A stretch of 62,959 bases of DNA, the filler included, from Octopus bimaculoides (taxonomy: Eukaryota), in NCBI RefSeq assembly GCF_001194135.2. It is 7 parts of 7 records of this genome, joined end to end, with 100 filler letters (N's around TTAATTAATTAA, not from the genome) between each part and the next. Parts side by side here need not be neighbours in the genome. Positions count along the whole stretch, not along the records: positions 1 to 29,766 come from NC_068986.1; 6 more parts are not named here. One strand, 5' to 3'. The notes beneath the pieces were generated by a model. It was not told the DNA's origin and did not search any database. It saw nothing but the letters and a program-made list of their open reading frames with translations. Shown here piece by piece: positions 1 to 14,520 of the stretch. Position numbers and translations under genes: made by a program. How positions within the stretch are numbered: position 1 is the stretch's first letter; the number at the start of each line of letters is the position of its first letter.

Positions 1-617
1 TATATATATACATACACACACAGATATATGTATATGAAAATTTAGCAAAACTTGTATATTAATTATTGTTAACCACATATACTCAATATATATGAATGTG
101 TATTTTCCCGTGGCTTCAGCATCGCGGCGAAGTATATACACTCTCAATATGCTGGTTGTTAAAAACACCTCAGAGTCATGAACAAGCGAAATATATCACT
201 TTCGGCTGTCCATGGCTCTCAAGTGATTTTAACACCTAGCATTTTCGAGTGACTGCTACCACCAAAATTATGATTTACTGCTATGACTAAAATTATGAGT
301 TTAGGTGGCTTCGTTGTGAAAATATATTTTACAAGTACTGTTATTGATATTCTACAGGTGTCGAAATTATTATAGTTGACGAATGATTGCGCTTATTGCT
401 AGTATTCGTCCGCTTTAGCTATAATATATAGGTAATGATAAATTTGATAGTAATTGTTTACATTCACCATAATGGCAGACCAAGTTATGTTTCCATTAGG
501 GCTATCATGTCAAAAGTAATAGTGGTGACGACGATATCCACTAGACAAGTGTTACTGCCTGATGTTACTAATTTAAGTGAAATAGTTCGCATGCGATAAT
601 TAGGAACATTATTATTG

Positions 618-618
618 C

Positions 619-698
<80 letters not shown>

Positions 699-783
699 CA
701 ACAGCAGCAGCAGTGGCAGCAGCAGCGGTAGTAGTAGTAGTAGTAGTAGAAGCAGCAGCAGTGGCAGCAGCAGCAGCAGCGGC

Positions 784-833
<50 letters not shown>

Positions 834-896
834 CAGTAGTAGTAGTTGCTACAGCTACTGCTACTACAGTTCTTGTTCTTCTGGTTGCTGTTGTTG

Positions 897-977
<81 letters not shown>
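618..977. repeat. Compound trinucleotide microsatellite (GTA)n/(GCA)n/(TTA)n
   Basis: Directly visible runs; the overlapping ORFs 485..1084 and 665..985 are translations of the repeat. Confidence 0.98.
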
Positions 978-978
<1 letters not shown>

Positions 979-3930
979 CGCGTGAGAGAGCAGTGCATGC
1001 CATCAAAGTGACACTGGGGTAAAATATACGAAGCCCATTATACCCATAATGAATACCCGTCTGATAAGGGTACACCAGACACATGCATCACAACCATAAG
1101 TACGCGACATGTTGATCTTATATCAAGATAAAGAGCGCATGAACTTGTAGGTGGGGCCCAGTTAGAATTTATCTTTGCAGTCTTCCATCCTACACAAGCC
1201 TGACCTTCTTACTTCCAATTATAGCGGTCTTGTGGCATTTTTACATACCACACTATTTTTTTCTTCGCTAATGCTGTGATCGTATCCAATCAATCCTATT
1301 CCCCCTCTTTTCCTTGGTCCATACAGTCTGTCAGTGTCACATTTTGGGCGGAGTATGCCATATCTAGTCAGCAACGTCTTTGTCTTTCTGCCTAAACTAT
1401 TTAGTTCGCCTACTCTCCATGTGATTACTCCTGCTCCATATCTAAAATGTGAAACCGCCCAGGTCTTGATGGTTTCACTATTATTCAGTCCGTTTAATTT
1501 CGATTTAAGGATCAGTCACAGTCTGCGCAAGTACTCCAACTTAAATTTTTTCTGTCGTTTCTTCCTCCATTAATTTATCCATTTCCTAAATCCCCAAATA
1601 ATTATAGCCCGTCTCATCTATTTACTTCATAACATTTCCAGACGATATCGCCAGCTAGTCCATGCATTTGATTTTGCCCCTCTTCAAGACTAACACACCA
1701 CACTTTTTCAGCCCAAACTCCATTCTGATAGCAGCACTGAAGTTATACACCATATCAACGAGGAAACTGACTTCAAATTCATCTTCATCATAAAGATTGA
1801 ATTCATCCATGAATAACAAGTGGTTGGCTTTTTTGTCGACGGCTCTTGAATACATACCCAACCTTTGCTTTCCTCAGAATCAGCGTTAGTGGTATAATGA
1901 ACAGTACGAAGATCAGTGGGGACAGGCTGTCTCTTTGCAAGATGTCTCTGCTGGTATCTATTGTCCTTATACTTCTTCCATATGATGTCAGTTCCGTCTT
2001 CCACTTCGCCATACTTTTCCAAGCAATCATTCAGCATTCGATGCTATACCAAATAGGTTCATACTTTCCATAATCCAAGATTGTGGGATTATATTGTTTG
2101 CCTTACGATAATCGATCCATTACATGGCTAAGTTACTTTTCGTCCTCTTGCATCTCTAAGTACAGTTTTGTCTACCAGGATTTCATCCTAGGTCACTCTG
2201 CACTTCCACTTGCAACCCTTCTGCTCATGTGGCAGGGATCTTTTTTTTTTCCATTTGTCCGTTGATTGACTCTGCAACTCTTCTAGTCAATAATTTCCAC
2301 ATAAGTCGCAAGCAGGTTATCCGCCTCTAATTGTCTACTTTATTGCCTTTATCGATGTTTTTTTCAAGCACAGCACTGCCCTACACATTGTCAACCACCC
2401 TGGCGTTAATTGGTCGGCATTTAACAAGATGTTGAGTTGCCCAGCTTTTCGTGCATGACATTCACCAAATCTTTTGACCTAGTAGCCTTGAACTCCATCT
2501 GGTCCTGGGGCCTTCCAGTTGTCCATTTTTTTTTTTTTTTANNNNNNNNNNCTTCACTTCCCTAACTGAAATGACAAGTTCTGCCTGTTTTGGACAGACT
2601 ACTGTTTGTTTCAGTTCTTGCAACCATTCAGCATCCTTCTTGTGCTCCTTGTCTTTGCTCCAAATGTCACTCCAAATCCTTTGACTTTCAACGTTATCTG
2701 ATATCAAATTTTCATCTGTACACTTTCTATTTACTTCTATGCAGAATCTCGCCTAATCCACTCTGAATAAACTATTCTTCTGGTATCTCTTCCTTTAGTC
2801 GTATCGTAACATCTTTGCTTTCTTTGTAACGACGCACTGTATCAGCTCCCCTATTATCACTTGCAGGCTATTTCTTCTTGTTCAGTGCCTTGTATTTTTG
2901 TTCGCTTTTAAGCTCCTCCTTTTCTTTTCTGTCTAACACAGAAATATACTTCGAGAGCATGTCTAAGCACACTTGTATTCTTCTTTTCCACCATGGACCT
3001 TTTCTTTTGTCATTCCCATTATACTTCTTTTCCTTGACATCAACACCCACATTTTCCGCTACAAAAATTCTTGCTGCCTTGATCAAATTATTTGTTTTTG
3101 AGATGTTTTTTTGTTCTGATGTATTTCAGAATTTCATTCACATTTTTCGTTTCTTGGTTCAAATTTCACCGACCAAATTTTTAAGGTTGCAAATGATGCC
3201 GTTATCGTTCTCTTATTGCCTTTATTATGTCGTAGATTGCCTTTGCTCTTCTGTCTGTTGACATGGCTGGTTCTTTTCCATGTCGTCCTGGTACTTAGTT
3301 GAGCAGTTACAACTCGAGCAGGTTGTTAGATTGTTAGGTCATTTCCCTTATTCCTTAAGATATTTAAGGGCATCATTATATATTATGATTATGTTGTTGA
3401 TTTTTATGCTGATTGAGAACTTTGGTAGCGGCACTCTATTCATCTTGTCATTAGACTCATTCTAGCTGAGGTATGATGTTCTCTTTCATATTCACCTCAA
3501 ATTCTGTGTCATATCTATCCTGGTGTTCTTGAGGTAGGTTTCCTTTCTCTTCTTATACCACATATCTGTTCTTCGCTATTCTTTCTTCAATTTCCTCGCT
3601 TGAATGTACTGCTCCTACACTGGGTTCTGTGCATTTGTTACCTATTGCATCTGCATTGTTGCTGCTTTCATTTGGTCTTCCATGAGAAATTTATGTCCTA
3701 ATTTAGCTAATTTCAGTGTCAATTAACCTTTTATTCATAATAATGCCTCAACCTACATTACATAATTTATTTGCGTCCGTATATCTGCGTACTTCGTTGC
3801 CTTCTACTAAGTGTCCACGTAAAATGTATGTTTTGTACTATGAGGTTATTGTTTGAGTTTAGTTGTATTGTATAGAAAGCTATAAACACATCTTTATTAT
3901 CCTCTCTAGTCTAAGTTATGCATTTTGCTG
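978..3930 (-). mobile_element. Degenerate Dong/R4-clade non-LTR retrotransposon (N-terminal region and RT, internally deleted after RT)
   Basis: Minus-strand fragments PWWKRRIQ, IWSDIWSKDKEHKKDAEWL, QRDSLSPLIFVLFIIPLTLILRKAK, NHLLFMDE..MEFGLKKCGVLVLKRGK, GYNYLGI, KLNGLN..TWAVS..YGAG, RKTKTLL..DTDRLY, WYVKNAT..LEVRRSG resemble R4/Dong RT motifs. Many stops and frameshifts. The 3' end abuts (AAT)n. The 5' boundary is uncertain and may extend to about 4300. Confidence 0.88.
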
Positions 3931-6258
3931 TATGTGATATATATGGTGGTTTCACTACAGGACAAGGGTTTAGAGTTATCCTGGTTCAGGTAGATCTGGT
4001 GCGTTTGTTCTAGCAAACATTGCGTCCTTTGTGTGGTTCCTCACTGGGTAACGCGGTCCATGTTGTCTCGGACGATGACCTATACAGCATGAGTATGTCG
4101 TGTAGACATTATTTATGTTGCTTGTAAATATTAACATGTGCACATGGATGTATGGACCGTTGCATGTAAAGGTAATTATTCAATTTACGTACTTACTGCG
4201 TGATATCAGAGTAGTCTGTATTAGAATTTGAGGCTTGTAGGTTATCGATTTTACATGCAGAATGCGATCTGAAGGTGAGTTGTTTGCTATTTGTTGCAAG
4301 TTAACAGAGCTAAAGAGGAGGCCTTGTTAGTGTTGTTATTGCAGTTTATGTTATAGTGTTTTGCGTTTTTTGTTTATCATTGCTCTTTTCCCTTTAAATT
4401 ATCTAACGTGAAAGGCAGAACACAAAATTTACAGCAATCTGAGAAAATACAAAACAGTATATAAAACACAGTCTTCAAATAGTCTACCATTTCCACTAAT
4501 TTCAACTGAAATAACTTATAAATATAATCACCTTAAACTTCTCGCATTATATATGTGCACATGATGCGTCATAGATTAAGTAAAGTAACAGAGAATATTA
4601 TATGGCGTCTACCAGAATAGATAACAAGAAAGAATATGATAAACGAAGAACTGGTTTAGCACAATTTTGGCACTCCATTCAAATATTTCTTTTTCCATAC
4701 TAATCGAATTAGATGTAGACCTAGTTAACTGTACGTATTCCTTGTTGAAGGAAGGAAAAAAGAATTGATGAAATGATGTTTTCATGTTTAATAAAATTAG
4801 ATTATTCTCATTCTGCAGGAAGAGAAAAAAGTCGTAAATTGATAAACAGATTCATTGTTCAATTATGTCTGCTACTTAAGAAAGAAGTTTTATGTATAAT
4901 TTCTCAAGTTACAAAGTAAATAAAAGAAACAAAGTCTGTGGATTATCCGACATTATTTCACTAATTAAAGCTAGAATGTGAGAGAAAACAAAACTAAAGG
5001 TCAATTGGGCAACATAAGTAGAAGAGAAGAAAACTCTATAAATATATATATATATTGATTTGTTGTGTTTTCTCTTCCAATTTTTGTTGATGTGTCTGTA
5101 TGTTACTTAAATGGCAAACAAGTGGACTTATCGATTTTAAAGGAATTATCGATTTTATGCACATCAATAAGTATCAATCAACTAACTGTTTTGTTTTCTC
5201 AACTAATCTCATCAGGTTTTATGTTTCATTGTCATGAAATATTTGTATAATCAAAATACGCATGTAATCGGACATTATTTAGTCAGATGCCCTGGTGTAT
5301 TGGAATGCAGATTAGACTGATGGCAATTCACATCACAGAACAGGCGTAGTAACCACAGCAAAATTACTTTCAAATAGTCAGTGTTTTCTTAGATATAAAT
5401 CATCTCTGCAAATATATCGAATGAATTATAGTTATGGAATGTTTTATTAACTCGTATATGAGGGTCAGATACTATCAAAACAGAGTAACAGGCAAATTTA
5501 ACAAATATAAACAATATGGGTGTTTGGTCTACCGCTCAAATGAGATAGAGGCTTCATTTCTCAGATTATTCAGAATAAATGATAAATAAATTAAAATATT
5601 TTGACAACTGAATTAATATTTACTTAATGTTTGCGCTTAATATATTACGGAATTGTTTCAATGGTACACTGATTGTAACATTGTTATAAAAATGTGCCGG
5701 CCCAACGAAGATAACACTCTTACCGAGCATTGTTAAATAACTAAATTCTTGTTTTTAAATATCTTAACCTTTTTGCTAACCTGTCAGCTGAATAAGTTAT
5801 ATTCTATTATAAAATCCGTTTCTATGTATATTTAAGCGAAGGCAGATTATAATAAAGCAATGCTTGACGCTTTCTTTTCTTTTTTTTTTTTGGTTTTGTA
5901 TCTCAGGAGGGTCTTTCTGCCTATAATAAACACATGCATTCGCTTTCTTTCACCACTTTTATATTCGTTCATTTGTTAAGAATTTAACATACTAATTAAT
6001 CGAATGCTTGCTTAAACTATTGATCGGATAGGAGTGTCAAAATCCTTTCCTCCTCGTTGAAAGATATTGTCTCTCTACGCTAGTTGACCTTCACGTGTGT
6101 CTGTCTATAATAATTAGGTTCGAAATTTTCGGGTTCTTACGGATGTAAGAGCGAAAGTTTGCGAGAGGGTTATCGAAAAGAAGTCTCTTTGTGTCCCTGT
6201 GTGTAAAAGTTTCTACTCATGCATGTGCAGTTGGTTTTGTGAGTGTGCATTAAAAAGA

Positions 6259-6294
6259 ATGTGTGTGTGTGTGTGTGTATGTGTATGCGCGCGG

Positions 6295-6326
<32 letters not shown>

Positions 6327-6350
6327 TTGTGTCTATGTGTGCATGTGTAT
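6259..6350. repeat. (TG)n microsatellite
   Basis: Visible imperfect TG run. Confidence 0.95.
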
Positions 6351-8049
6351 GTCTTGCTCTCGCGTTCATGGATGTTAAAGTGTTAATTTCTTTGTGTCAT
6401 TTATCTATTGATGTTGCTTCATTGACAGGATGGTTTATGCATCTGTGGGGGCTAAAGCATATTGTCTACCTGGGTATCTTCATTATGGCATGGTAGTGAG
6501 TGAATTACGATTTAAAGACGTTTTTTGTTCCAATAATAACTGTAAGATATAAGGATCACGATGCATGTTGAACCTCATTTCGCGCCGCACACGCATTCTA
6601 ATTGTGCGATAAATATCCGAGTATGTAGGCAGTGGTGGCGTGTTCTCTAAATTACAGCCGTATTTGAGTATTTACGGTAAATATTGTTCGGAACCTTTGT
6701 AGGTGAAAGTTGAATATTTACTGAGACTAGTGTGAACAAACCTGAACAAATATGTTTTGGAACACTGCCATTTGTCCATGCATGAGACTTTCCTCTCAAG
6801 ATGTCACTGAGATTGTCATGGTGAGAAAGCCGCAGATTGAGACTGATACATATTAGCTTCAGTGTCATAAGAGTTACTCTCCGACTGTAAAAAACCTGAA
6901 CATGTTCCTCAAGACCTCTTGTATTACGTTCACTTTCGGAATCGCATCACGACTGTCATATATAATACTTTTTACGTAGGTAAAATTTGAATCATAAAGC
7001 ACACATTTTAGATAGGCTGAATTTGAACTTACTGCGCAGAGACAGAGAACAAATACATCAATTTATGCTAAAGAACACTTTTCCGAGCCTGCCAATTATT
7101 CACTTTAATCTGATATTAGTATACTTTCTAGTGATATCACCAGGTGTTGCAGAGTTTTTACATAAATTTGCTACATTTCAAGGTAATTCCCCGGTATCCC
7201 ATTAAAGCACAAATACAAAATGATATCTCATTTTTAACTAACTTTTTATTAGAGAAAATTAGAATGTCATTTCCAATGATTGTACTGAATGAAATAGTGT
7301 TAAGCAGCATGATTGAGACAATCTCACATTCTAAGGCATGTCAGATTATCTGAGATACAAACTGATGTATATTGATTAAAGAAAAGCAATGCGCTATGAT
7401 TCATGAGAAAACAAATTATTGATGGTGACATACTTAGTGGTGCTTTAGAAAAGCGAAGAAATATATTACATTCACTAGTACGCCAATATATTTCAGTATA
7501 CTAAAGTCCCCGAAATTCGATGGCTCGTACATAGATGTTGAGCATTATAGATGCGCTATCAGCGGGCAGCGTGGTAGGAAATTAATCATGTATAGGGCTA
7601 TATATAAAAAGAATAACCCAAAGAGAATTTTAAATTTACTACAACTGTTTCGGTAGAATTTTGTTGATACATTCATAGAATACATCAACGCTTAATTCCA
7701 TCATTCTCATATAAAACTTTAGATATATAAAACCTTGAAGATGATCCGGTCAACATGATGAATAACTGATATTATATAACAAATCAATGAAATATATAAA
7801 TTAATTTGAGAAGTAAACAAATATTCTAGGAGCAAAGATGCCAAAGCAATCCTATTTTCAAGCTGTTATTTAATTAGTTCATAGACCTCACTCGCTGTGA
7901 AGGAATGTGGGAAGGATGCATCTAAAATATTTTTAGCAAGATTGATAAAACCGACTTTAGGATTGCAGAACAACATCTAATTATTGTCGTCTCCATTTCA
8001 CGCTAGTACACAAAAGTATAGATATATATACAGTCGTTTTACAACTAGA

Positions 8050-8122
8050 AATCAGCATACGCTATACATACATACGCACGCACACACACACAAACACACA
8101 CACACACACACANNNNNNNNNN

Positions 8123-8168
<46 letters not shown>

Positions 8169-8270
8169 GCACATACATACATATACACGATATATACCTA
8201 TGTACACATAGACATATATATATATATAAATATATATATGCACACTCATATATACCCATATAGACATATA
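8050..8270. repeat. (CA)n/(TA)n compound microsatellite
   Basis: Visible runs with a 10-N gap. Confidence 0.93.
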
Positions 8271-8990
8271 TGAGATGTATTTCAAAAGTATCGACTTTAT
8301 ATTTACTACGCCTGAGCTAAACCCAAATGGGCAAAATCCTTTGGGTGGGAGGTGACGCCGCTCTTCCTGGGCGTGCCTGATAACTTTTGCGCCGGTAAGC
8401 TTCATCAGTTCGCAGCTGTTACATCTAGAGTACAGATGTGTAGTGCACTATGGTCGTATTTTCGTTTTAACCCAAGATGAACGCACCCGAAGAAAGACAA
8501 TAAACTCATGTCTTGTCCCCATTGATGATGGTCTTCGTGAAGTTTTGGTTTACTCGATCCAGTATATCCTGAGAGATTTCCATGCGGATTTGCTTCCACT
8601 GTTCCGCCAAAACCCTAGGGAGGAATTTCGCCGGCCCTCTCCACATGCACAAACCCTCTGTTACCATGCAATATACAATTCTTGTGCTTATTCCCACTTC
8701 GTAAGCAATTTCTTGGATTGTTACATGACGGTTTTCCATTACTTATTCGCCGCACCTTCTCAATCGGTTCCTCGTTTCGGCTTTATATATCTTGTCACAG
8801 CGTGCTTCGCTCTCCACTTAAATGCAGCCATGTTTGAGGCTGTTGTATCTTTACTTCATATGAGTGTTGCCCAAGGCATCATCTTGATGGTTTGAGCTTC
8901 AGTGTCACCAGGCTTTTGGCATCACTTGATGCAAAATATTTGGTTGATGCAGTCGGTGAAAACGAAGAACCCACGTGCGTTTAATGTCAT
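8269..8990 (-). mobile_element. Mariner transposon remnant (HTH region to first catalytic Asp, internally deleted)
   Basis: ORF 8506..8739 ENRHVTIQEIAYEVGIS..PAKFLPRVL..TIINGDKT resembles mariner DRRVTIREIAEEVGIS..AKFVP..IITGDETW. A TIR-like TA-TGAGATGTATTTCAAAAGTATCG lies at 8269-8293. The other TIR was not found. Confidence 0.8.
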
Positions 8991-9254
8991 ACAAACACAC
9001 GCGCACACATAACATACAGAGACAAATATACATATTTACACATGCACTAATATATATANNNNNNNNNNAATTATCTAAATGAGGGTTAGACTGCAAGCTA
9101 TTCTTCAGTCCACGTGTAGCTTGATTACATGAAGTTTACATTGTCATTAGGAAATTTTATGTTAGCTCGCAGGAGATACGATAAAAAGGCTTAGAAAGCA
9201 CAGTTAGAGAGGAATAAAGCATTTGTGAAGAAGTAGAAATAATAAACTTACCCA

Positions 9255-9672
9255 GGTGCAGGAGTGGCTGTGTGGTAAGTAGCTTGCTTACTAACCACAT
9301 GGTTCCGGGTTCAGTCTCACTGCGTGGCACCTTGGGCAAGTGTCTTCTACTATAGCTTCAGGCCGACCAAAGCCTTGTGAGTGGGTTTGGTAGACGGAAA
9401 CTGTAAGAAGCCAGTCGTATGTATGTATATATATATGCATGTGTGTGTATATGTTTGTGTGCCTTTGTTTGTCCCCCAACATCGCTTGGCAACCGATGTT
9501 AGTGTGTTTACATCCCCGTAACATTAACGGTTCGGCAAAAGAGTCTGATAGAATAAGTACTAGGCTTCCAAAGAATAAGTCCTGGGTTCGATTTGCTCGA
9601 CTAAAGGGAGGAGGTGCTCCAGCATGGCCGCAGTCAAATGACTAAAACAAGTAAAAGAGTAAAAAGAGTAAA
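9255..9672 (+). mobile_element. tRNA-derived SINE, near full length
   Basis: Pol III A-box-like TGGCTGTGTGGTAAG and B-box-like GGGTTCAGTC, an internal TA/TG tract and an (AAAGAGT)-like tail. Homologous degenerate heads at about 20105, 57195 and 62759. Confidence 0.85.
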
Positions 9673-10156
9673 GTACTCTCACATATATATATTTGTTTCA
9701 TTTTTATCCCTTCATCACAAATATTTTTTCTCTCCAACTGTGCTTTCTAAGCATTTCGATCGAATCCTCTGCGAGTAAACACGGGATCTCCTAACGACAA
9801 TGTAAGCTTCATATAACTAATCTCTCCTTGGCCTGAAGAGTAGCTTGCAGTCTATCCTTCGGTTGGATAATTGCTACTTTTAATGTTTCACTAGTTATGG
9901 AACATTTGTAGCATGAATTTTTATCTATTCCATTCCCTAATTTGGGGCTATTTATTCGCATATACAGCAAACCCAGTTGCTAACTATGAACTACGAAATA
10001 ACCTTCTTTTCAGCCCATCGCACTTCGATACGAGAAACATCACAGCATTCTGCAGCAATAAACCACTATCGTTCGTGAGATTTCTCTTTTATATCTTCTA
10101 GGGACTGCTTGGAGGTCACTGACTTCTTACATCTTAATCCTTGGATCTTACCTTTA

Positions 10157-10178
10157 CACACACACACACACACACACA

Positions 10179-10272
<94 letters not shown>
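10157..10272. repeat. (CA)n(TA)n(GA)n compound microsatellite
   Basis: Visible runs. Confidence 0.97.
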
Positions 10273-10658
10273 CATGCATGTACATAACTACACGTATATA
10301 TCTCTATATAAAGACTNNNNNNNNNNNNNNNNNNNNNNNNNNNNNNNNNNNNNNNNNNNNNNNNNNNNNNNNNNNNNNNNNNNNNNNNNNNNNNNNNNNN
10401 NNNNNNNNNNNNNNNNNNNNNNNNNNNNNNNNNNNNNNNNNNNNNNNNNNNNNNNNNNNNNNNNNNNNNNNNNNNNNNNNNNNNNNNNNNNNNNNNNNNN
10501 NNNNNNNNNNNNNNNNNNNNNNNNNNNNNNNNNNNNNNNNNNNNNNNNNNNNNNNNNNNNNNNNNNNNNNNNNNNNNNNNNNNNNNNNNNNNNNNNNNNN
10601 NNNNNNNNNNNNNNNNNNNNNNNNNNNNNNNNNNNNNNNNNTCTTTCTGTCTCTCTAT

Positions 10659-10892
10659 CTTATTTCTTTATTGTCCATAAGGAGCCAAACATAGAGGGGA
10701 CAAACAAGGACAGACAAAGGGATTAAGTCGATTACATCGACCCCAGTGCGTAACTGGTACTTAATTTATCGACCCCGAAAGGATGAAAGGCAAAGTCGAC
10801 CTCGGCGGAATTTGAACTCAGAACGTAACGGCAGACGAAATACCGCTGAGCATTTCGCCCAGCGTGCTAACGTTTCTGCCAGCTCACCGCCT
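10659..10892 (-). mobile_element. tRNA-derived SINE (second family, core CTTTGCCTTTCATCCTTTCGGGGTCGATAAA)
   Basis: Minus-strand head GGCGGTGAGCTGGCAGAA..GAGTTCAAATTCC (A/B boxes). The same core recurs at 25720, 42445, 49527, 49697, 50055 and 54628. Confidence 0.88.
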
Positions 10893-10969
<77 letters not shown>

Positions 10970-10992
10970 GTCTGTCTGTGTCTCTATCTATC
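10893..10992. repeat. (TATC)n microsatellite
   Basis: Visible run. Confidence 0.96.
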
Positions 10993-13900
10993 TAGAAAAA
11001 TTGAAGTGAATTACGTAACTGGTTCAAAATATGAAAATGTATTTCTAATATTATGCAAGCAGTTCATTAGACCTAGGAAAGCTATTACTACAACATTTAT
11101 GAAATTCTCATAATACGGTGCAGCAAAGGGCACGTCTTACCTAGCGTTTGAGGGAGGCATTGTTTTGTAGTCTCACGGTAATTTGGAATTTGTTTTGCCA
11201 TTCAATTACCAATGTTTTCGGTGAGTGTCATTATCCTACCCATATTACGCTTATTGAAAGAAAAATAATGCTTGTAAAATAGGCACGGAGTGGAACTGGT
11301 TTAGGTGAAATAGTTTAGGTTAGTTATTGCATTACATCTATATATAATATTTTCAGTTAAACTTGTTTTTACAATTAATTTTAAAAGCAGATAAGCTTCA
11401 TATATTTGATTATTTGTGCATGTCGAAGTAATTAGTAAACAAAATTCGGTCTACCATCATTTAAAACGTAATAAAATAACGACTGGGAATATATTAACAT
11501 TATGCTATAACCGAAATTTCTGAGTGATGAAATTATTCATACAGGGGTCGAAAATTTAAATGTAAACAGGAAGAAAAAACACGTATTTCCATTTAGATTC
11601 CATCTCAGAGGCATGATGTCGTGATAGTAACAGACTAGAGGGAATATAGCTATGTTGCATTTGCTTATCAGCAACGGCTATATGCATGTATTGTTTATGT
11701 CTAAACTGTTGTTTAGCCGGTATAACTAGATATATTTCTCTCATATCATGTCTTCTATTTAAAACAACTCTAGAAGGAGGTTTTAATATCACCATAAAAC
11801 TCGGTCTCAGTACAACAGAGAAAAGACTTAGAACTTACTCATGAAATAAATCAGTACACAAAATGAGAAATATTTCAAACTTGTTCGCATCAGGAGTGTT
11901 ACACTCTGGTACGCTGTACAGATTAAAATTCCATGTATTTGAGATGTTCACTCTTCATAAAGAAGTTATCAAATCCTATTTGTGACATATTCCAGACAGT
12001 TCATGTCAACCTTCAATTTTTCTTTCTCTCTTACTTTATTTCAGTCTAACTTTCTTGGTTTTTCTAACGCTCTATTTTTCTCGATTATATATCCTCCCTT
12101 TCATTATCTTTCTGTCCTCTCTGTCTACATGTATGTCTATTTTTCGTTCCGTTTATCTTTCATTTATCTTTTTCGATTACTTTCTGTCTTAGAGTTTTTC
12201 TTTAACAATCGCTGCTGCTTTTCTACATGTATTCTTATAATACATACTTTTGTCTTTATTTCAGATTCAATTTCTCTAGCATGCATTGAAGTTGTAGTAA
12301 TAACTTTTCTACGCTATGAATTTCAACGCGCATGATAACTCCATTTCCTGTCATGAGCTATTTACTGATCCCATCTTTTAAATTTAACAATCATTTCTAT
12401 TATTTATTTATAATTATATTTCTATCTGGGTGTAAAGAGAAGAACTGAATACAATTTCCTTCGCCGTAAGCCCATCATTAGGTATGAAGGAATACATGGT
12501 TTGGAAACAGGTCTTTCTTCCCAATAAATAGCAGTTTCGTGTACCATTAAGTTCATATCATCATGTATAATATAAAAAAAATTGGAAAGAATTGCGCCCG
12601 AAACGGTCTGTTAGCATACCTAATTACATACATTTAGAGTACGCGTAAGATTGGTCGTATATGAATATACATCCATTTATCCAATATATATATATATATA
12701 NNNNNNNNNNNNNNNNNNNNNNNNNNNNNNNNNNNNNNNNNNNNNNNNNNNNNNNNNNNNNNNNNNNNNNNNNNNNNNNNNNNNNNNNNNNNNTTGACGT
12801 ATATGTGTGTATGGTGTGCATGAATGTATGTATGTATATATCTGCAGACAAAAGTTTGAGGTGCTAAGCTGTGATTTTGAATGCAAGCGTATTAATGGGC
12901 AGGAATATGAATTACATTCATATGAACCCGATATCCACATTTAATTGTGCATTTAACGTATTTTTCTATTCTTTAATATGCATTCATTACTCTTCTAAAA
13001 TCATGTTATATCAGGAACTGACTCCAAGAGGTGCTATTTTGATATTAAGAAATGGAAACCTGGCAACTTTTCATCACAAGATGAAGTGATAGAAGCATTC
13101 GTCAAAGACAATTCTTTTTTTTTTTGTTTTTTTAATCATGATTATTTTGAATTTTTTCCCTCTCTGATGCTCAGCAGTCCCTGCGAGTAATCAGCTCCAT
13201 AGCGTGGAAATTATTTCTAGGGTTTTCTTTAACAAGTTATTCGTTTAATTAATTATGCCCCCTTTTCATCTGAGAATCAAACGAACATTGCATTTAATTA
13301 TAAGGTACTGAAAAGATGTGCCTTATTATTTTCAGGTGAACGGGTCAAGAAACATTACAAAAAATTCTAACTTCAAAACGAGAAGCTATACTTCAGAATG
13401 AAGTCAGTTCAGTTAATTAGCTATTTTTTCTCCTTCGCATTAGGAAGCGAATTTTTCGTTCAAAGTGTTAATTACTAGATTTGAATTCTTTTATCAGGTG
13501 ATATCTCCTCTCTGTACAGCTGATATTTCTAATTAAATAATGTATGGATTTTCGTGCATTTTTTTTCTCTCCTATTCTATTATTTTTATTGTACTTTCTT
13601 TGTGCTTGTTTCATTTTTCTTCTTGTTTTAGAATTTGCAATAAAATACGAACTATTGGTTTTGTCAAACAGAAGTCAATAGTGTTATTGACTGTTTACTT
13701 GCTAAGAGATAAACAATTTAATGATCTTCCACACTGAGCAGATTTATTTGCACACATTGTATTACAAAAACATATTGCAACGTCCATTATATACTAAAAC
13801 AAAAGCCCTTCGCAGAACAGTTGTGTAATGTATCTTAGCTTCGCACCCTACAGCCATGATAATAACATAATTCGTTATTACCTTGAGAAAATAGTTTTTT

Positions 13901-14426
13901 TAACAGATCTAATATTTGGTTAAAATGTCTGAGTCCATTAGTCGTTTTCATTCACAATGAAAGTCAATTCCATTCACATATTCTTAGGAAGACTTTGTTA
14001 AAATTGGATTATCTTAATCAGACAATACCCCCGTTGCTTGCAACTGTGAGTCCAACTACACATAGTGTTTATAATTAAAAACTTAAATGTCTAAGTGAAC
14101 GACGAGCTTTCTAAGTAGGAGGAGGTGATTTAATTATATACTCGATGAGTCTGGAGGAAAGGTCAGAGACCTTATAAATTTGAGGGTTCCAGAGAGAGAT
14201 GACACCGATACCATTTATGTTCCGTTTAAACTGTAGCACTTCAATAATTACAAGAAAAATATGAACGAAAGTGAGATGCCGAACGGCATGGAGTGTAGAC
14301 ATTGTGATTATTTCTTGAAAGGTTAATTAAACGCATTTATTTAAAGAGACAATTTCGTCACAGTGTCTGGATGCTGAAACTTCAAGAATAGCTGGATGGT
14401 AGCCGCAGATACGAATAGAATTGCGA

Positions 14427-14430
<4 letters not shown>

Positions 14431-14494
<64 letters not shown>

Positions 14495-14520
14495 GTGGGG
14501 TGAGAGCGCGAGAGAGAGAT
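14431..14520. repeat. (GA)n microsatellite
   Basis: Visible run. Confidence 0.96.

Noticed and set aside
3930-4380. Possible HDV-like ribozyme in the 5' region of the Dong/R4 copy
   Set aside because: No P1/P3/L3 arrangement could be fitted by hand; it reads more like decayed N-terminal coding sequence.
7640-7760. Hammerhead-like scraps (minus-strand CTATGAATG..CCGAAACAGTTGTA; plus-strand TTGAAGATGATCC)
   Set aside because: The cores are incomplete and the stems do not close; too degenerate to support.
13316-13400. Good-looking splice acceptor CCTTATTATTTTCAG|G
   Set aside because: All three frames stop within about 65 nt and no matching donor was found.
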